From Octopus sinensis (Eukaryota): a stretch of 64,000 nucleotides of DNA. Of the stretch, positions 15,245-30,449 are shown one piece after another. Location of the stretch: contig NW_021832231.1 in NCBI RefSeq assembly GCF_006345805.1, positions 310,001 to 374,000 of the forward strand. Direction: 5' to 3'. The notes beneath the pieces are model-generated. The model searched no databases, was not told where the DNA came from, and saw only the letters and a list, made by a program, of their open reading frames with translations. How positions within the stretch are numbered: the first letter of the stretch is position 1; each line of letters opens with the position of its first letter. Position numbers and translations under genes: made by a program.

Positions 15245-15945
15245 ATGCAGGATTGGAAACAGGATACCGAATGGAATGATGCTCTCAGAAAGTTAGGAAT
15301 AATTCCAGAATTACCCAAAGAACCAGAACCCGAAGAACCAATCCATGACGGTATGTCTAACAATACTTATAAATGTTATCAGATGGCATCCACCCAGAAA
15401 AAATGAGTTTAAAGCAGCTTGAGAAAGCAGAGGATTTATTCGACGAGGAAGATGAAATTTTTTTCCAGTTCTACAAGCAACAGAAATTAAATCAACTTCG
15501 ATTAAACCAACAAAGACCGTCATTTGGCTCAGTTGTAGAAATAACCCGACAAGATTGGACTGATCAGGTAAATAAAGCAGGAAATAATATATTTGTCCTC
15601 GTCCACGTTTATAACGATGGGTTTGTATGTGGAATAATTAGTAGTGACGAGCTCTGTTCACTAATCAACAATTGTATGTCCCGTTTGGCCCCCCTTCACC
15701 CATTCTCCAAGTTTATCAGGGGACGGGCTTCCACCTGTGTGGAGAACTATCCCCATAAATATTGTCCGTCGTTGTTTGTGTATAAAAGTGGGGATTTGAT
15801 TGCTCAGTATGTTCGTTCTCAACTGCCTTCTATCTCTTGTTTGAAAGGTTGAGTGGATGTGAGACGAATTTTAGACTTTGAGGAATTTCTGTATAAATTG
15901 AAAGTTATTGAGAGACCGTCCGAGTCGAGCGATTCTGATTACTAG
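15245..15945 (+). CDS. PDCL3: Phosducin-like protein 3 (VIAF)
   Basis: MQDWKQDTEWNDALRKLGIIP, FGSVVEIT..DW..QVNKAG, CVENYP; three introns (32, 24, 27 nt). Confidence 0.9.
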
Positions 15946-15959
15946 TTAATTAATTATTT

Positions 15960-16610
15960 ACTAATATATTTTTTGAACTTGTTTTTAGTTGGTACTAGTT
16001 GTGTTCATTCCTAAAATCATATTTGATTACTATTTATAGCTTGTTGTGATTTACCTGGCAGTCGACTTTTGTTTTATGACTGCGCTGATAATCTTCATGG
16101 GATGTGTAAGGTAGGGTTGGCTTGGGTCTCAAATTTGCACAAATGAACAAAATTCATTCAGAAATTGACTAAATGAAATTTCCATACACATAAATCGCTT
16201 ATTTCATTTTTTCAGTACTGATCTTTTATGTGCCATAATATACACATCATACTCTCTTAGCGTTCTTGAGATTTTCAAAGTTATTGAAGGGGCATTTCTC
16301 TTTACACTAACTGATTTACAACCCCGGAGACATTACCAAATGCTCTTAAATTTTTTAGTTCTAATTTTAATGAAACGTAATGACACTTACTTTCGGAAGG
16401 TTTCCCTATTTTCTAGAACTGTGTATTCAATTCAGAAATTCCCTTTAAATTGAATTATTTAGAGTCATTCCTAAAAAATTAAACTACTCAAAAAAATGTG
16501 AGTTTAACGATGAGAAAATAGTTTTTATTCAAAACTGAGGTTATCTAGAGAAAATAAGGTCATTCTTAGGAAATATAAGACTAATCGACTGAATCACATC
16601 AATTATGCCC
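15960..16610 (-). CDS. Possible unidentified spliced gene
   Basis: Several strong donor/acceptor pairs on the minus strand (e.g. CAG|GTAAAT near 16055, GTAAGT near 16390) between short open stretches; no recognised domain. Confidence 0.3.
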
Positions 16611-16661
16611 ATTAATAATTAATTTATAATAAAAATTGAATACGATTTAAATTAGTGATAT

Positions 16662-18945
<2,284 letters not shown>

Positions 18946-21073
18946 ATTTATTTAACGGCTTTACCTCAACTATTTAATCGTTTCCGCCACATTATTCGCA
19001 CTTTCCTGTCATAATCTGATTGCCCCAATTTGTCTAATCTCATTATACTTGTTGATAAGGACATACTCACTTTTAGACTTGGGACTATCCAAATCACACT
19101 TTCCGTATGTTCTCAATAGTTTTATGTTGAGGGTCATATAACCCAACTCCATTTTGGGATAGATTCCGATCTCAGTTACTGGATATTTTTGACATTATAG
19201 AAATGCAGTTTTCATTGGCTAATTAAACATATCACGCCCTAGTTATGGGAACTTTTAATAATGAAAAGATTTTTAAAGTTTTAATTAAGAAAAATTATTA
19301 TCCAGTTTTTTTAATTAGTTTTTAAATATTTGGTTCAGAATAAATTATCACAAATTTATCAATAGGAAAGTTATTCTGTTTATTGAAATATTTAAGGATA
19401 TTGTGTCCAAAATAAATCTTATTTTATCCAATTTTAATTAATTTCCAAAAAATTCTTGGAATTAATTTATCAATGCATAATTACACAAACTAAATCAAGT
19501 TTGATTAACCAGTTGATAAATTTTGTTAATCTTAATGATGACAGTTGTACTATTGATACTTAAAGTCGACTTATTTTCTCAGCATTTGATTGAATAAAAC
19601 TCAAAAAGTGATTGATTTTTAAGCATATTAAAAAGAACATTTACGCCCAACGTCTTGAATTAAATGATATATATTAATTTCACTTATTAAGATTCCAGTT
19701 TTGAAAACGCTTCTTATTTCTATTAAATAAAAATGGCAGGTGGAGTTTCTTGCTTTCCAGTAAGGCAACACTAAGATGATCAGTTTCCACTTTTTGATGA
19801 CGTTAAATTTATTTGGTATTATCTCACTGACTACCATTATAAACTTGGTTAGATTTTTTGCCAGTTTGTAGCTCTTACGTTGTCAGCAAATCTATGTAGC
19901 AATCCACATTCAAACTACTTTATAATGTCATTTTTTATTAGGTACAACCAAGACACCTGGCTTAGTAATTTTGGTAATGTACTTTACACCATTTTTTGTA
20001 AATTTTGTTCGTCAAATATTTATTCTGCAGAATCAAGATTGTTTTTAAGCGTTTTTTGATGATTTGAGTCAGTAAATGGTCTTTGGATCGTTAAATTTTC
20101 CTAAAACAACATACAGTCAACCCTCTCTATAGTGAACAGACCACATTAATAATTTAATATTTGTACATCTTTAAAATAAATAAACTACAGTTGGTAGCAT
20201 GGTGGAAAATCGAAAACGCCTGTCATTTTTACAAAAGAAGGATATAATCAAATTTTATCATCAAAAACGGCCTGCCGCCCGGTGCAATCTTGTGTGGGCT
20301 CGTGGAAAGATCAACGAGCAAAGATGAGGTCCCTGGTCGAGTGCATCGAGATTACGTGACTTTTGTTTGACTCTTATCGTGGTCTTGGCGGTTAAATAAA
20401 TCATAAAAATAGACATTACACACAGAATGATTTATTCCTTTATTTCAATGTTTCTCTAGACTGCATAAACAAAATTCTGAAAAATAATGAGGAAATACTT
20501 ATTTTTAAAGATTACCAAAAAAAGAAACTTTACTTGCCATCGAAGTTACAACCCTTTGATCAAGGAATAATAAAATCCTTCAAAGACAGGTATAGACAAC
20601 TCCTATGTGCATACTTGATTAAATTTTATACTAATGATGGCAATGTAGATCACGAAAAAGTTACGGAAAAATTGAAGAAATTCACTCTATTGAATTGCTT
20701 GATATTCATAAATCAACTTGGTTAGAAGTATCGGAATTGACAATTACAAATTGTTTCAAGAAAGCATATGGAAATGCATTAATACAGAACCTGACAAAAA
20801 TAAAATAGATTATGAAAATTGTTTGATTTATGAAAATGATATTGACGACGAAAACTTTATACAGAACTTTGCGAGAAAACTAAAACTGCAAGACTAAGTT
20901 GAAGAGGAAGATAAAAAAAATTCATGTTCCAACACAAAAATTTTAAGAAATTATCAAACTAATCATTCTCAAACTAAAAAATCATCGATTACATGATTAA
21001 AATATCTAAATTATACTTATTTATTGCTATTCCTGTTTTGATTCCTTGTTCTATTTTTTTGTTCACCATAGAC

Positions 21074-22885
21074 CAGGTCTGCGGGCCAGATAATATTTTT
21101 ACTTATTTAAGGCTAATATTAATTAATTGAATAAAACTTTATTTAACCAAACAAAGAGTAAATTTTAATTAAATTTGCTGTTTAATTTTTCATACACTGT
21201 CGTTTATTGTTCGAGAGTTCATCGATATTAGGTGCATAGGTCGTGGGCAATAAAATTGAAACATAATTATCCGTAATTCTTGTTCTATGATTGTTTTTCA
21301 TTTTTGAAAATAACTGTTCGCAAACAAAGGTATTTCCAAATAAAGATATTATTTTTGTGGAATGGTTTACTAACAGCGGATATTTTCCACACGGTTGAAC
21401 ATATTTCTCATAAAATTCCACAATGTTACAAGGATTTGAATAAAAAATCGTTTTAAGAACATGATCAGACTGCAAAGCTATAAGTTCCAATTGATAGATT
21501 TCATTTGTTGAATTGATTTCTACATCGAAAGGTATAGAAAACATCTCAAATTCGTCCGAATGAGCTTTAAAGTCAAAAATCAAGATGAAAATTGGGATTT
21601 CAATTCGTTAAGGACATCTAAAAATGAATAAATCATTTGATTTTGTTTCTTTTAAATTTGGGAGATGAATGAAGTTTCGATTTTTGAATTGACAAATCCA
21701 CAAATTAATCTTATTTTAAAATGCAATAATGTGAGAATATAAGCAGTTTTTTTCCTTGTAAATTCAAATTCAGATCATTAAGATGAGAAGTAATGTCAAC
21801 CAAAAATGCAAATTTTGCAAGCCATTCAGGATCACGAAAGTATGAAGCATCAAAATTTTTACTTTCAGTAAATAATCGTACTTTATTATGCAATGAAAAC
21901 AATCGTTTCAACATAAATCCCCTGCTTAGCCATCTAACATTTGAAAAACACGTTAGATCTCCGTATTCTGATTTTATGCCCAGCAAAAACTGCTGAAACT
22001 GACGATGATACATTATTATTAAAACCAAGATCACCGTCCAAAACATAAAACTAATTAATCAGGTGATCCCGGCTTCTCTGAGGAGGGTCCTCATCTTTGC
22101 CCGGTGCTTCTCCCTAGTCCCGGCACAATTTCTGTGAGGGCGCGGTGGTGGAGTTTTAGGGCCTGTAGCCCCGATGTTTCTTCCCAAGATTTCATTAAAT
22201 GGGGCGATGAATAGATGTTCATTCGGTCCTTTTAGTGCTTTTCGAAAGCTTTCTTGAGTTTTTTCGATTTTAACGCGGTTCGTTTCACTGATAAACCCTC
22301 CCCACGCCTCACAAGCATAACTAAGGGAGGGTTCGATAAATTGCCGGTATATTGATTGGCGTGCGGGGAAGCTGATCCATTGGTTTGCATTTTCGGAGGA
22401 ACACTTTTAAGATGTTCAGTTTCTTCATGCAGCTAGTAGTAACATTTTCAACTTGTTGGGAGAAACACATATGACTATCGTAAGTCACGCCGAGGATTTT
22501 CTGGGATTTTTTAAACGGAATTTTCATGTTGTTTAGATACATGTTCACCACCATTTTCCCAAGCTTCCTTGCTGAAGTCATAAGCGTAGTGATCGATTTT
22601 TCAGGACTCGTTGATAGTCGATTTAACGAGAGCCAACTTTCGAGATTGTGGAGGTAGTTCTGCAGTTTTGTACTTGCCGTGTTCACCTCACGGCTCCGGG
22701 TAACAATTACAATATCTGAAACTGACGATGATACAAGGCTCGTGATAATATTACGTTAACAGTATTAGCGTGAATCAAATGTTAATTCATTAAGCATAAG
22801 TACAAATTAAATATTTTATCTAAATAATTTATTTTGTCGGTAATATATACAAATCTATACTCGGGCCGTATTTTGCCGACCCCTG
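21074..22885 (-). mobile_element. hAT (Charlie/GTF2IRD2-like) transposon, decayed
   Basis: VRWLSRG, LAKFAFLVDIT.HLN.LNL.LQG, FGNTFVCEQLFSKMK; terminus TTTGCCGACCCCTG; 8-bp TSD CCATAGAC/CTATAGAC. Confidence 0.85.
22013..22715 (-). mobile_element. 5'-truncated copy of the Ingi/Vingi-like retroelement at 54537
   Basis: High similarity to 55740-56440; (TAA)n tail; 20-bp TSD CTGAAACTGACGATGATACA at 21993-22012 and 22716-22735. Confidence 0.9.
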
Positions 22886-22943
22886 CTATAGACAATAGTG
22901 AACATGATGTTTTGACGTGGACATTTTATTCACTATGACTGTA

Positions 22944-24326
22944 TCTGACATCGTTCAAGGCGATATAATCTGCTCCTAACAAGAACATCATTATTCGGAT
23001 AGTCGACGATGCACTTCGAAATAATTTGGTTCAAAGGGAAAATTTCCTTTTGTTATTTACGGATGCTGCAAATTATATGAAATTAGGTTACATTTTATGT
23101 TTTAGCTGAAAAATACTTAAAAATCTTTACCCCAAGTTATTTCATGTCACATGTGCCGTTCATCTATTACACAATTGTTGTGAGAAAATATGAGACTCTT
23201 ATCCTGAAATTGATTTAATGATAGCTACTGTACAAGCTGCCATTAACAAAAACAATAGAAGAAAACAAATATTCAAAGATAGAAACATCCCCATTCCACT
23301 TCGTGTGCATTTGGAAAGATGAGGTCCTGGCTTAAGACCGCTACATAATATTCAGAAAATCTTATTAGAGTTCAAAATATTTTCGAATCATTCGCGGATG
23401 ATGGATAATTCGAACAGCTAAAGAAAGTCTCAAAAACCATGTGTTAGTTAGCAGTCTATGTGACTCTATCCGATGCTATTTGAACATTCCAGGTTTCCAA
23501 ATAATGTCGTTATTGTAGATATTCCTAAGAAATTTGAAAGTACACGTTGCACAATTGAAGAAGCATATGATAGTTTAGAATCGTTGAAATTTGGAAATGA
23601 CAACAAATTTATTAAAGAATACATAAATAAAAGGCTTCAAAAAAGATATTTCAAACATAAATAAAATAACTAATTTACACACATCGCCTGCCGAGTATTC
23701 ATTACTTCTGAATTGTCAGCCAACTTTGTGCTCGGTTGAAAGATGTTTCTCTGAGATAAAGTCCAGCCGAAATTTTCTGATAAAAAATTTCGGAAATTAT
23801 GTAATTTGTATATGTATCAAAAAGTTTTAGTGTTTTTATTCTTTAGTTATTGAGTGCCGGCAGGATCCCCAGACACGCCTCATTGAATGACGTTGTGAAG
23901 CGCGAGCTTAACGCCGCTGGATTCCCCTCAATGTTAGAACCGGTAGGACTAGACAGTGGGGATGGAAAACGCCCTGATGGGTCGACTTTATTCCCGTTCA
24001 GGGAGGGAATGGCACTCGTGTGGGATGTTACCTGCGTAGACTCATTTTCCTCACATCGTTGGTTGACTCCGCTTCTCGTCCTGGATCTGCATCTGTCTTT
24101 GCCGAATCTAGGAAAACTGCAAAATATGGCTCTTTGACCGATACCTGCTGCTTCATTCCTCTGGCTTTCGAGACCAGTGGGATAATTGCACTCAAAGCCC
24201 TCAAACTCCTCTCAGAGATGTCGCATACTATAGGCGAGTTGTCGCATAGCCTTTTTTTTAGTTTTTAGGTTTATAAAGTTAATTTTTTTAGATTAAATTT
24301 TTATTTTTACGTAAAAAAATCGCCCT
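22944..24326 (+). mobile_element. hAT-like (DUF659/CGGBP1-related) transposase pseudogene containing a CRE fragment
   Basis: TDAANYM, LYPKLFHVTCAVHLLHNC, SVERCFS motifs with stops; right end ...CGCCCTA. Confidence 0.7.
23850..24240 (+). mobile_element. CRE-like REL fragment
   Basis: [11 protein letters not shown]...[15 protein letters not shown]...WDVTC...PLAFETSG. Confidence 0.85.
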
Positions 24327-24653
24327 AATAATCACTAGTCGACCTCGTTGATGATAGCTGACAATGAGTGGAGGTTTGTTGGCATCTTCCTGAGTCCATC
24401 CACAGGACTATCCACCCAATTTTTCGTGCTTTCGTATACCCAGACAGACAAATTCCCTGCTTCCTCGAGAACTAACAAACCGCAACAAGGTTATGACTCA
24501 ATTAATTATATAAACATCAAAAATCCCACAAAACCACAGACTTGGTAAATTCTACGAACAAATAGTTGCTGAGTACGTCTCTATTAAATAAACAGGACTA
24601 ATTCGATTAAAAGCATATAAGAATTCTATTAGAAAATATTTTAGTTAATTAAA

Positions 24654-26655
24654 TTAGTCGAAATTTATAAGAAACTGATCAGTCTCCTCTTCCAACAACT
24701 CGCCTCCTTTTGGCATCGTAGTATTAGCCTGAGATGTCTAAAATTAAAATAAATAATAAAATTTTAAACTGGCATTGAAGGGAAACTATATAAATTTGGT
24801 TGGGGAGACCGCAGTCCAGCAGCAGGGTGTAAATACTGATCCACTCTTGGATGTTCCTGAGATTCCGATAAATAATTTGACTGTGGATAATAGTAAGGCT
24901 GGAATGAAGGATTAAATACCTCCCCCATTAGCGGACTGCAAAAATATAAATAAACTACTTTGTCTGTGCTGTTCTAATGTTCAACTGCTGCATTTGCATC
25001 TCCAACTGATATTGCTGGTATTCCTACAATAAATATACACTCATACGGTTTTGGACTGTCGAAGGTAATTCACTTTATTCTGCAGAGCTCGATTCCTTTC
25101 CGCCTCCAATAGTTCTGCTTCCTGCCTCAGTCGATTCTGGTGATCCTCCCGAAGTGCAGACAGAGCATCCCTTGCCTCGTTAACCATGGTCATTGTGTCC
25201 TGAAGTCTCTCAAAGTACTCTGTAATTGTCAGTCCATCGACCACCTCTCCGGGCATATATATGTCCCACAATATCCCTAATCTGTCCATATTTCCCACAC
25301 AGTGTTGTAAATAAGTTATATAAAGCCACGTCTGCACTCAGTGGCCTCCCTCGCTGTAGGGAACTCTTCATTCGAACTGCAAAGACGCCTGTGTACTCCC
25401 TAAAGGACTCCACCAACGATTCCGGTGCCAACTTCTCAGTGATCTACCAATCAAAAATAAATCTCCACCAAAGGTCCCGGAATGTACTCTTTGGCCTGAT
25501 TTGAGGAATCCTGCACAGTGGCCTCTCCATAGGACATTGTGGCATTGAGTGGCTGGTGGTATTCCGTGGTCACCATCACGGGGACTGAACACACGATAGG
25601 CTCACATTCCCCCGTCTAAACTAAATGGGAGACACTACATTCTCTTGCTTGTTATTTCCAAAATTCTTGTATCGCTCAATTATTTCATTTTGCTTCTAAT
25701 TTTTAATTAAGGTGTTTTTTACGAGTCGTTTCTTTTCCATTTCCGCACTCTCCAACATGGCCTGTTCAAGTTGTTGTTGAAACTCCAAGTCCTCCTCACT
25801 CCTCTCCTCCCGCTGAACTGTCTTTTCCTCACTACAAATAAACCCAATCTGAACAAACTTTCCCAATGAGTTGTAACAAGCAGTACACACTCTCACAGGA
25901 GTTATGTGGCCAAATTTGGGGATTGGAATCGTGTTGGGAGAACATTTATTACACACAAGTGCTCCACAGGCACGACAGTGGTGCTGAGTGTAAATACCCA
26001 ATAAAAGTACTTTTCTGTTAACAAATGTAAAATCCTGTTCACATACTGTACAGGCTCCCCCTTCTTTCCACTGAGGTGGCAATTCGGACGTCACCATTGC
26101 CTGGGATTCCTCCAAATCTGCCATTTTGTACCCTACTCGTAAACAGGGTATTTCCACCGTTTTCCGTGGCGACGGTGACAGCCCGTTCAATGTTGGAATA
26201 TCCCTCTATATTCCGCAGATGGAGTCTCCATAAGTTGAGAACCCCGATTATGTGCTCAGTGACCACTGGTTGGTGATTCTTCTCGATCAAGTCGACTATG
26301 AAATTGCAGAAGCCTTCCGAGGCTATTTCTTTGTGGAGAGCCCAGCCGCAGTTCTTTGAAGCCGAGTCCAAAATCTAATGGTTTGTGAGGAGTCCTACTT
26401 TAATAGCATTGAGGGCTTTTCTCTGAATGCCTGACTTGATGTGTGTCTTGATGATGTTGAGGAATTTGTTATGTCTGTTTTCTGAGTGGAATATTACTTG
26501 ATTTTGTTTTCTATGAGCAGGTCGCATATTTCCAGGACGGTCTCCCAGTCATCCTCGTTTGTGATTGCTTTGTCTATTAAAAAATATTATATTATATTTT
26601 TGCCAAGTAGGTCGTTTATTTGGGTTGTTTCTTTCGACTTAAAAAGAGCCGTCAT
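24654..26655 (-). CDS. HGS: Hepatocyte growth factor-regulated tyrosine kinase substrate (ESCRT-0; VHS-FYVE-UIM)
   Basis: VHS (DWETVLEICDL, KNCG..LHKEIAS); FYVE (PPQW...CTVC...RKHHCRACGALVCNKCS...RVCTAC); UIM LEQAMLES; helical core TMVNEARDALSALREDH. Confidence 0.92.
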
Positions 26656-26913
26656 AACCACAAGAATATATAAATGTATTACATTTGTTTAAACATTTTC
26701 AAAATTAAATTCATAACTAATTAGAATTCATATTTTTTAATGGTTAAAAAATCTTTTATTGATTATTTTATAACAAAAATTGTACAATTTTCATTTTATC
26801 GATGCTAAAAACAGTATAAATAAACGTTCAGCTGTTTTATCTGCTTTAGACAACAAAATGTTTTTTTTATTTGCTTGGATGGACTTGATTGCTTTTGTAG
26901 GCGTTTGAATGTC

Positions 26914-27130
26914 TTTTGCTATGTTTGGCCTATTTTCCAGACTTAGTGTGATTTTCTACAATCTGTATTCACAAGTTTGCCATTTGATGATTTTCTGGTC
27001 CAATACTTTATTCGACAAAGGGTTAACCGCTTTTAATTTTGCTATGTTTAACCTGTTTTTCAGACTTAATGTGATTTTCTACAATCTCTACTACACATGT
27101 TTATCCTTTGATGGTTTTCTGGTCAAATAC
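26914..27130. repeat. Two-copy diverged direct repeat, period ~123 bp
   Basis: TTTTGCTATGTTT...TGTGATTTTCTACAATCT...TTTTCTGGTC at ~26914 and ~27037. Confidence 0.7.
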
Positions 27131-27457
27131 TGTATTTAACTGCGTTTAATTTAGGCATGAACTTACTGCCAAAGTCGTAAATTGTCTGAATATATTTTTA
27201 AATTATACTTTTTATATAAGAATGGATGTTCTGTTGTCTGGATAAAATAAATGAAGTTTGCACAAATATTTCCAAGTAGCGACTGTCTATTATAAAAAAA
27301 ACTTTGATATTTATTAATAATGTGTAGTTCTATACCAATAGAACCCATCGAATATTTATCATCACTTTTTATAATGAGACTTTCACTTTCAGACAAATAT
27401 ATATTACTTTGGTCAAATAAATAATTGTTGTTTCTATAACTACGCACAACTATCTAT

Positions 27458-29252
27458 ATGATTAGAAATTATTACGCTTTATTGGGAACAATCTCACAAC
27501 AAAATGCAGTTTTTTGCATCAATTCTTCCTACACTATGGCTCCCTACTTGTCCACGATTATCGAGAATTTGGCAGAGTTTTTACACGATTCTTTATTTGA
27601 AAAAAGAAAAAAACACATTTCGTTGTCAAAATTCGATTGTCAGTGTAAGGTTTTTAGTGATTGCATACAAAAATGTACAGAAAAAACGGTTTTTAACATC
27701 TATTAATCAGTAGGTGTCAAAAATGGATAAATGGCTAAGAAATGTGAAGCCTCAATATAAAGCCGACTTATCCAATGCATTGGTCGTATCCAACAGAATA
27801 GAAAATTGTCAAAATTTATTCATCATTACAAATAATATTGACCAAACCAACCCGCATGAATTACTTCGCTATGCATTCATGACAATGAAAAATAGAATTA
27901 AACTGCATTTTATTTATATAATCGACAAAAACTACGACAAAAATGTGCACCAGTTATTTGATGAATTGGCGGAGATCACAGAAGGGTCTGTCCGGATTGT
28001 CGACGTCTCACAAGCCCCCTGTCACAACAAAGTGACCTTTGTAGACTATCATGACTACTCGTGGGTATCTACCGAAAGAAAAATCACCGACAGTGTCGGA
28101 TATTACTGTGATCATTGTCCGTGCAGCCAAGAGCAATTTTTTGAAAAACAGGTGGAAAAAGGAATTTATTTTAGTCTAAAATTCCTCCTTCCTTAAACGC
28201 GTTGTCGTACATGCTGAATACCGTTGTGGTGGCCCGTCGTATCAAGGACGGATTTTTTTATAGAGGAATAGTCCGTGAAATTGTTTTGCATTGATTTCAT
28301 AATTAAAGGGAGAGAATAATAATTTAATTGTGTGTTTTACTACCACATGCCATCGCTTAATTGAACATGAAAATGTTCTAATTGATGATATGTTGTCTTA
28401 TTATGACACATTGCGTCTTCCAGTCAGGAATAACGGAACTGTATTGGCTCTGTTGTATCCTGAGTCTGGAGCATATGCCCCTGGAGTTGTGACTGAAGGA
28501 TCACTGGAAAGGCCGAGAGAACGTATTATATATTTTAATCTAACAGAAATTAGATCCTTTTACTGAAGAGGAAGTAAGAATTTTATTTTGGAATGGAATG
28601 AGTGAAATCTTACCGTCGGATAAAGTTTTTCGGATATCTTCAAAAATGTACGACCGTGTATGTCGTAATATTGATCTCCCGAATCCAGTAAGTTAGAATT
28701 CTTTAGTATTTTTTATAGATTCGACGCTCAGAACAAGAGTACATAAACTACAGTAGAACTCCAGTTCACAATCGAAGACCTAATGATTTTAGAAATAAAG
28801 AATATCAGAATGACAGACATGTAAATCAAACTAAAAATATATTTAGGCTAAGTTTCATTTTGAAAACGAAGACAGTGAAAGTTCTTCCGAAGAATCAGTG
28901 TTTTGTAGAAATCACATTAATAAATTAAAAATCGCACCAAAAACTAAAAATTTGAAAAAAATAAAAGTCAGGTAAATCAAGTTTTATCAGTTTAAAGCAA
29001 TGCTGTGAGTCAAAGACCCCCTTGGAAAAAATATATAAAGGCAAATGGAATACCTCCGTTGGAACAAAAACATGACAAGACCCAATACACGGAAGGAGCC
29101 TGCGCTGCACCGTTTGATTCAAAGCAACATCAAAGTTTTTTAGCTTTTAAAACACATTAGGTGAATGGAAATCTTCTGCTTTCAAAGTGGTGGATTATTT
29201 GGCTAAAGCGGATCGAACAAATACAGTAAAAGAGGCATTAAACTATTACTAA
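27458..29252 (+). CDS. vWA-like plus DUF4537 (VWA3B/C11orf16-like) protein; boundaries approximate
   Basis: vWA-like N-part (AVFCINSSYTM...LAEITEGSVR); VVVARRIKDGFFYRGIV and VLALLYPESGAYAPGVV resemble DUF4537; mini-introns. Confidence 0.5.
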
Positions 29253-29358
29253 TTAGTATTATTTATTTATAGGAAATTTTTCAGTTTGTTTTTATTATAT
29301 TGGCTGACATATTAATTATAAATAAATAGCGTTTATGCATTGTGTTTCAAAGGTTGAT

Positions 29359-30090
29359 ATGGTGTCCCGCCTTCCTAATATAATTTTCTTTCTTGGCCCA
29401 CCCGGATCAGGCAAAGGAACCCAGTGTTCGATGCTAGCAGAAGTATTCTCTTTGATAGTTATATTCTCAAGTATTTCAAATGCGAACACTTGTCAGCGGG
29501 GAATCTACTTCGCCAAGAGCAAAGTCGCCCCAATTCTGAATTTTATTCAATTATCAAGTACAACATCGACAACGGCCTGATAGTCCCAGTAAAAATAACC
29601 TGCTCTCTGATCGAAAAAGTATGTCAAAATATTTATTTCAAGGCCATAAAAAACTCCCCTTGCAATAATTTCATAATCGACGGATTTCCACGGAATCAGG
29701 ATAACTACGACGGGTGGAGTCTTGCCATGGCTGATAAAGTGAACTTGAGGGGAGTCATATGTCTGGATTGTCCTTTCGACGTTAAAAATAAGAAAAGATT
29801 TTTAGATTTGCGAAGAACGGTGTGTCGGACGCAACAGAAGTGATGATAATTTAACCACGTTTAAAAAACGGTAAAAATTCAGATTTCAGAATTTCAGGTT
29901 GGATATCTTTGAAACCGACACTTCGATGATTTTGGACATTTTTAAAGAGCGCGGGCTGTTGTTTAGAGTGCAGGGATCGGGTACACCCCAAGAGGTGTTT
30001 TTTGTGTTTATGCTTTCTTAGATTTTTGAGGAAATTAGGCCTTATTTTGAATCCATTTGTGCCCCTCTCGATGAAGATGGGGTCGACTAA
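29359..30090 (+). CDS. CMPK1: UMP-CMP kinase
   Basis: FFLGPPGSGKGTQC, HLSAGNLLRQE, GLIVPVKITCSL, IDGFPRNQDN, GRNRSDDN; five introns of 24-29 nt. Confidence 0.92.
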
Positions 30091-30449
30091 ATTAGAATTG
30101 ATTTTCATTTTTTAGTACTTAATTTAATTGGTACTGTCTGTTGTTATGGATAATTATTGATGGTAGGGGATTAGGATTAATTATTAAATATTGTTGATTT
30201 GACGTAATTTTGGTTTTATTCATTAATTCAATGCAGTGGGAATCAGATAGATTGACTTTTTGCGACAATGCTAGCAAGACTGTTAGCAACTCCGCCAGTC
30301 CTCAGGTTGAAGAGTCAAAGAGGAAGAAATACCTGTATTTCGAATTTAATTTAGTAATTATTAAATGGTACTATAATTTCACGTGTTTATTTTTATTCTT
30401 GCGTGATTCGAATAATCAATCTTTTGCACAAGGTAAATCGTCTACACTA

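Larger units (their letters stand above)
20114..22941 (+). mobile_element. pogo/Tigger-like DNA transposon remnant, interrupted by a hAT
   Basis: TA|CAGTCAACC...ATAGTGAA left end and TTCACTATGACTG|TA right end; LQPFDQGIIKSFK DDE_1 motif at 20534-20725. Confidence 0.7.

Noticed and set aside
16048-16145. U1 snRNA-like TTTACCTGGCAG
   Set aside because: It lacks the U1 loop I/II motifs and is better explained as the reverse complement of a 5' splice site (CAG|GTAAAT).
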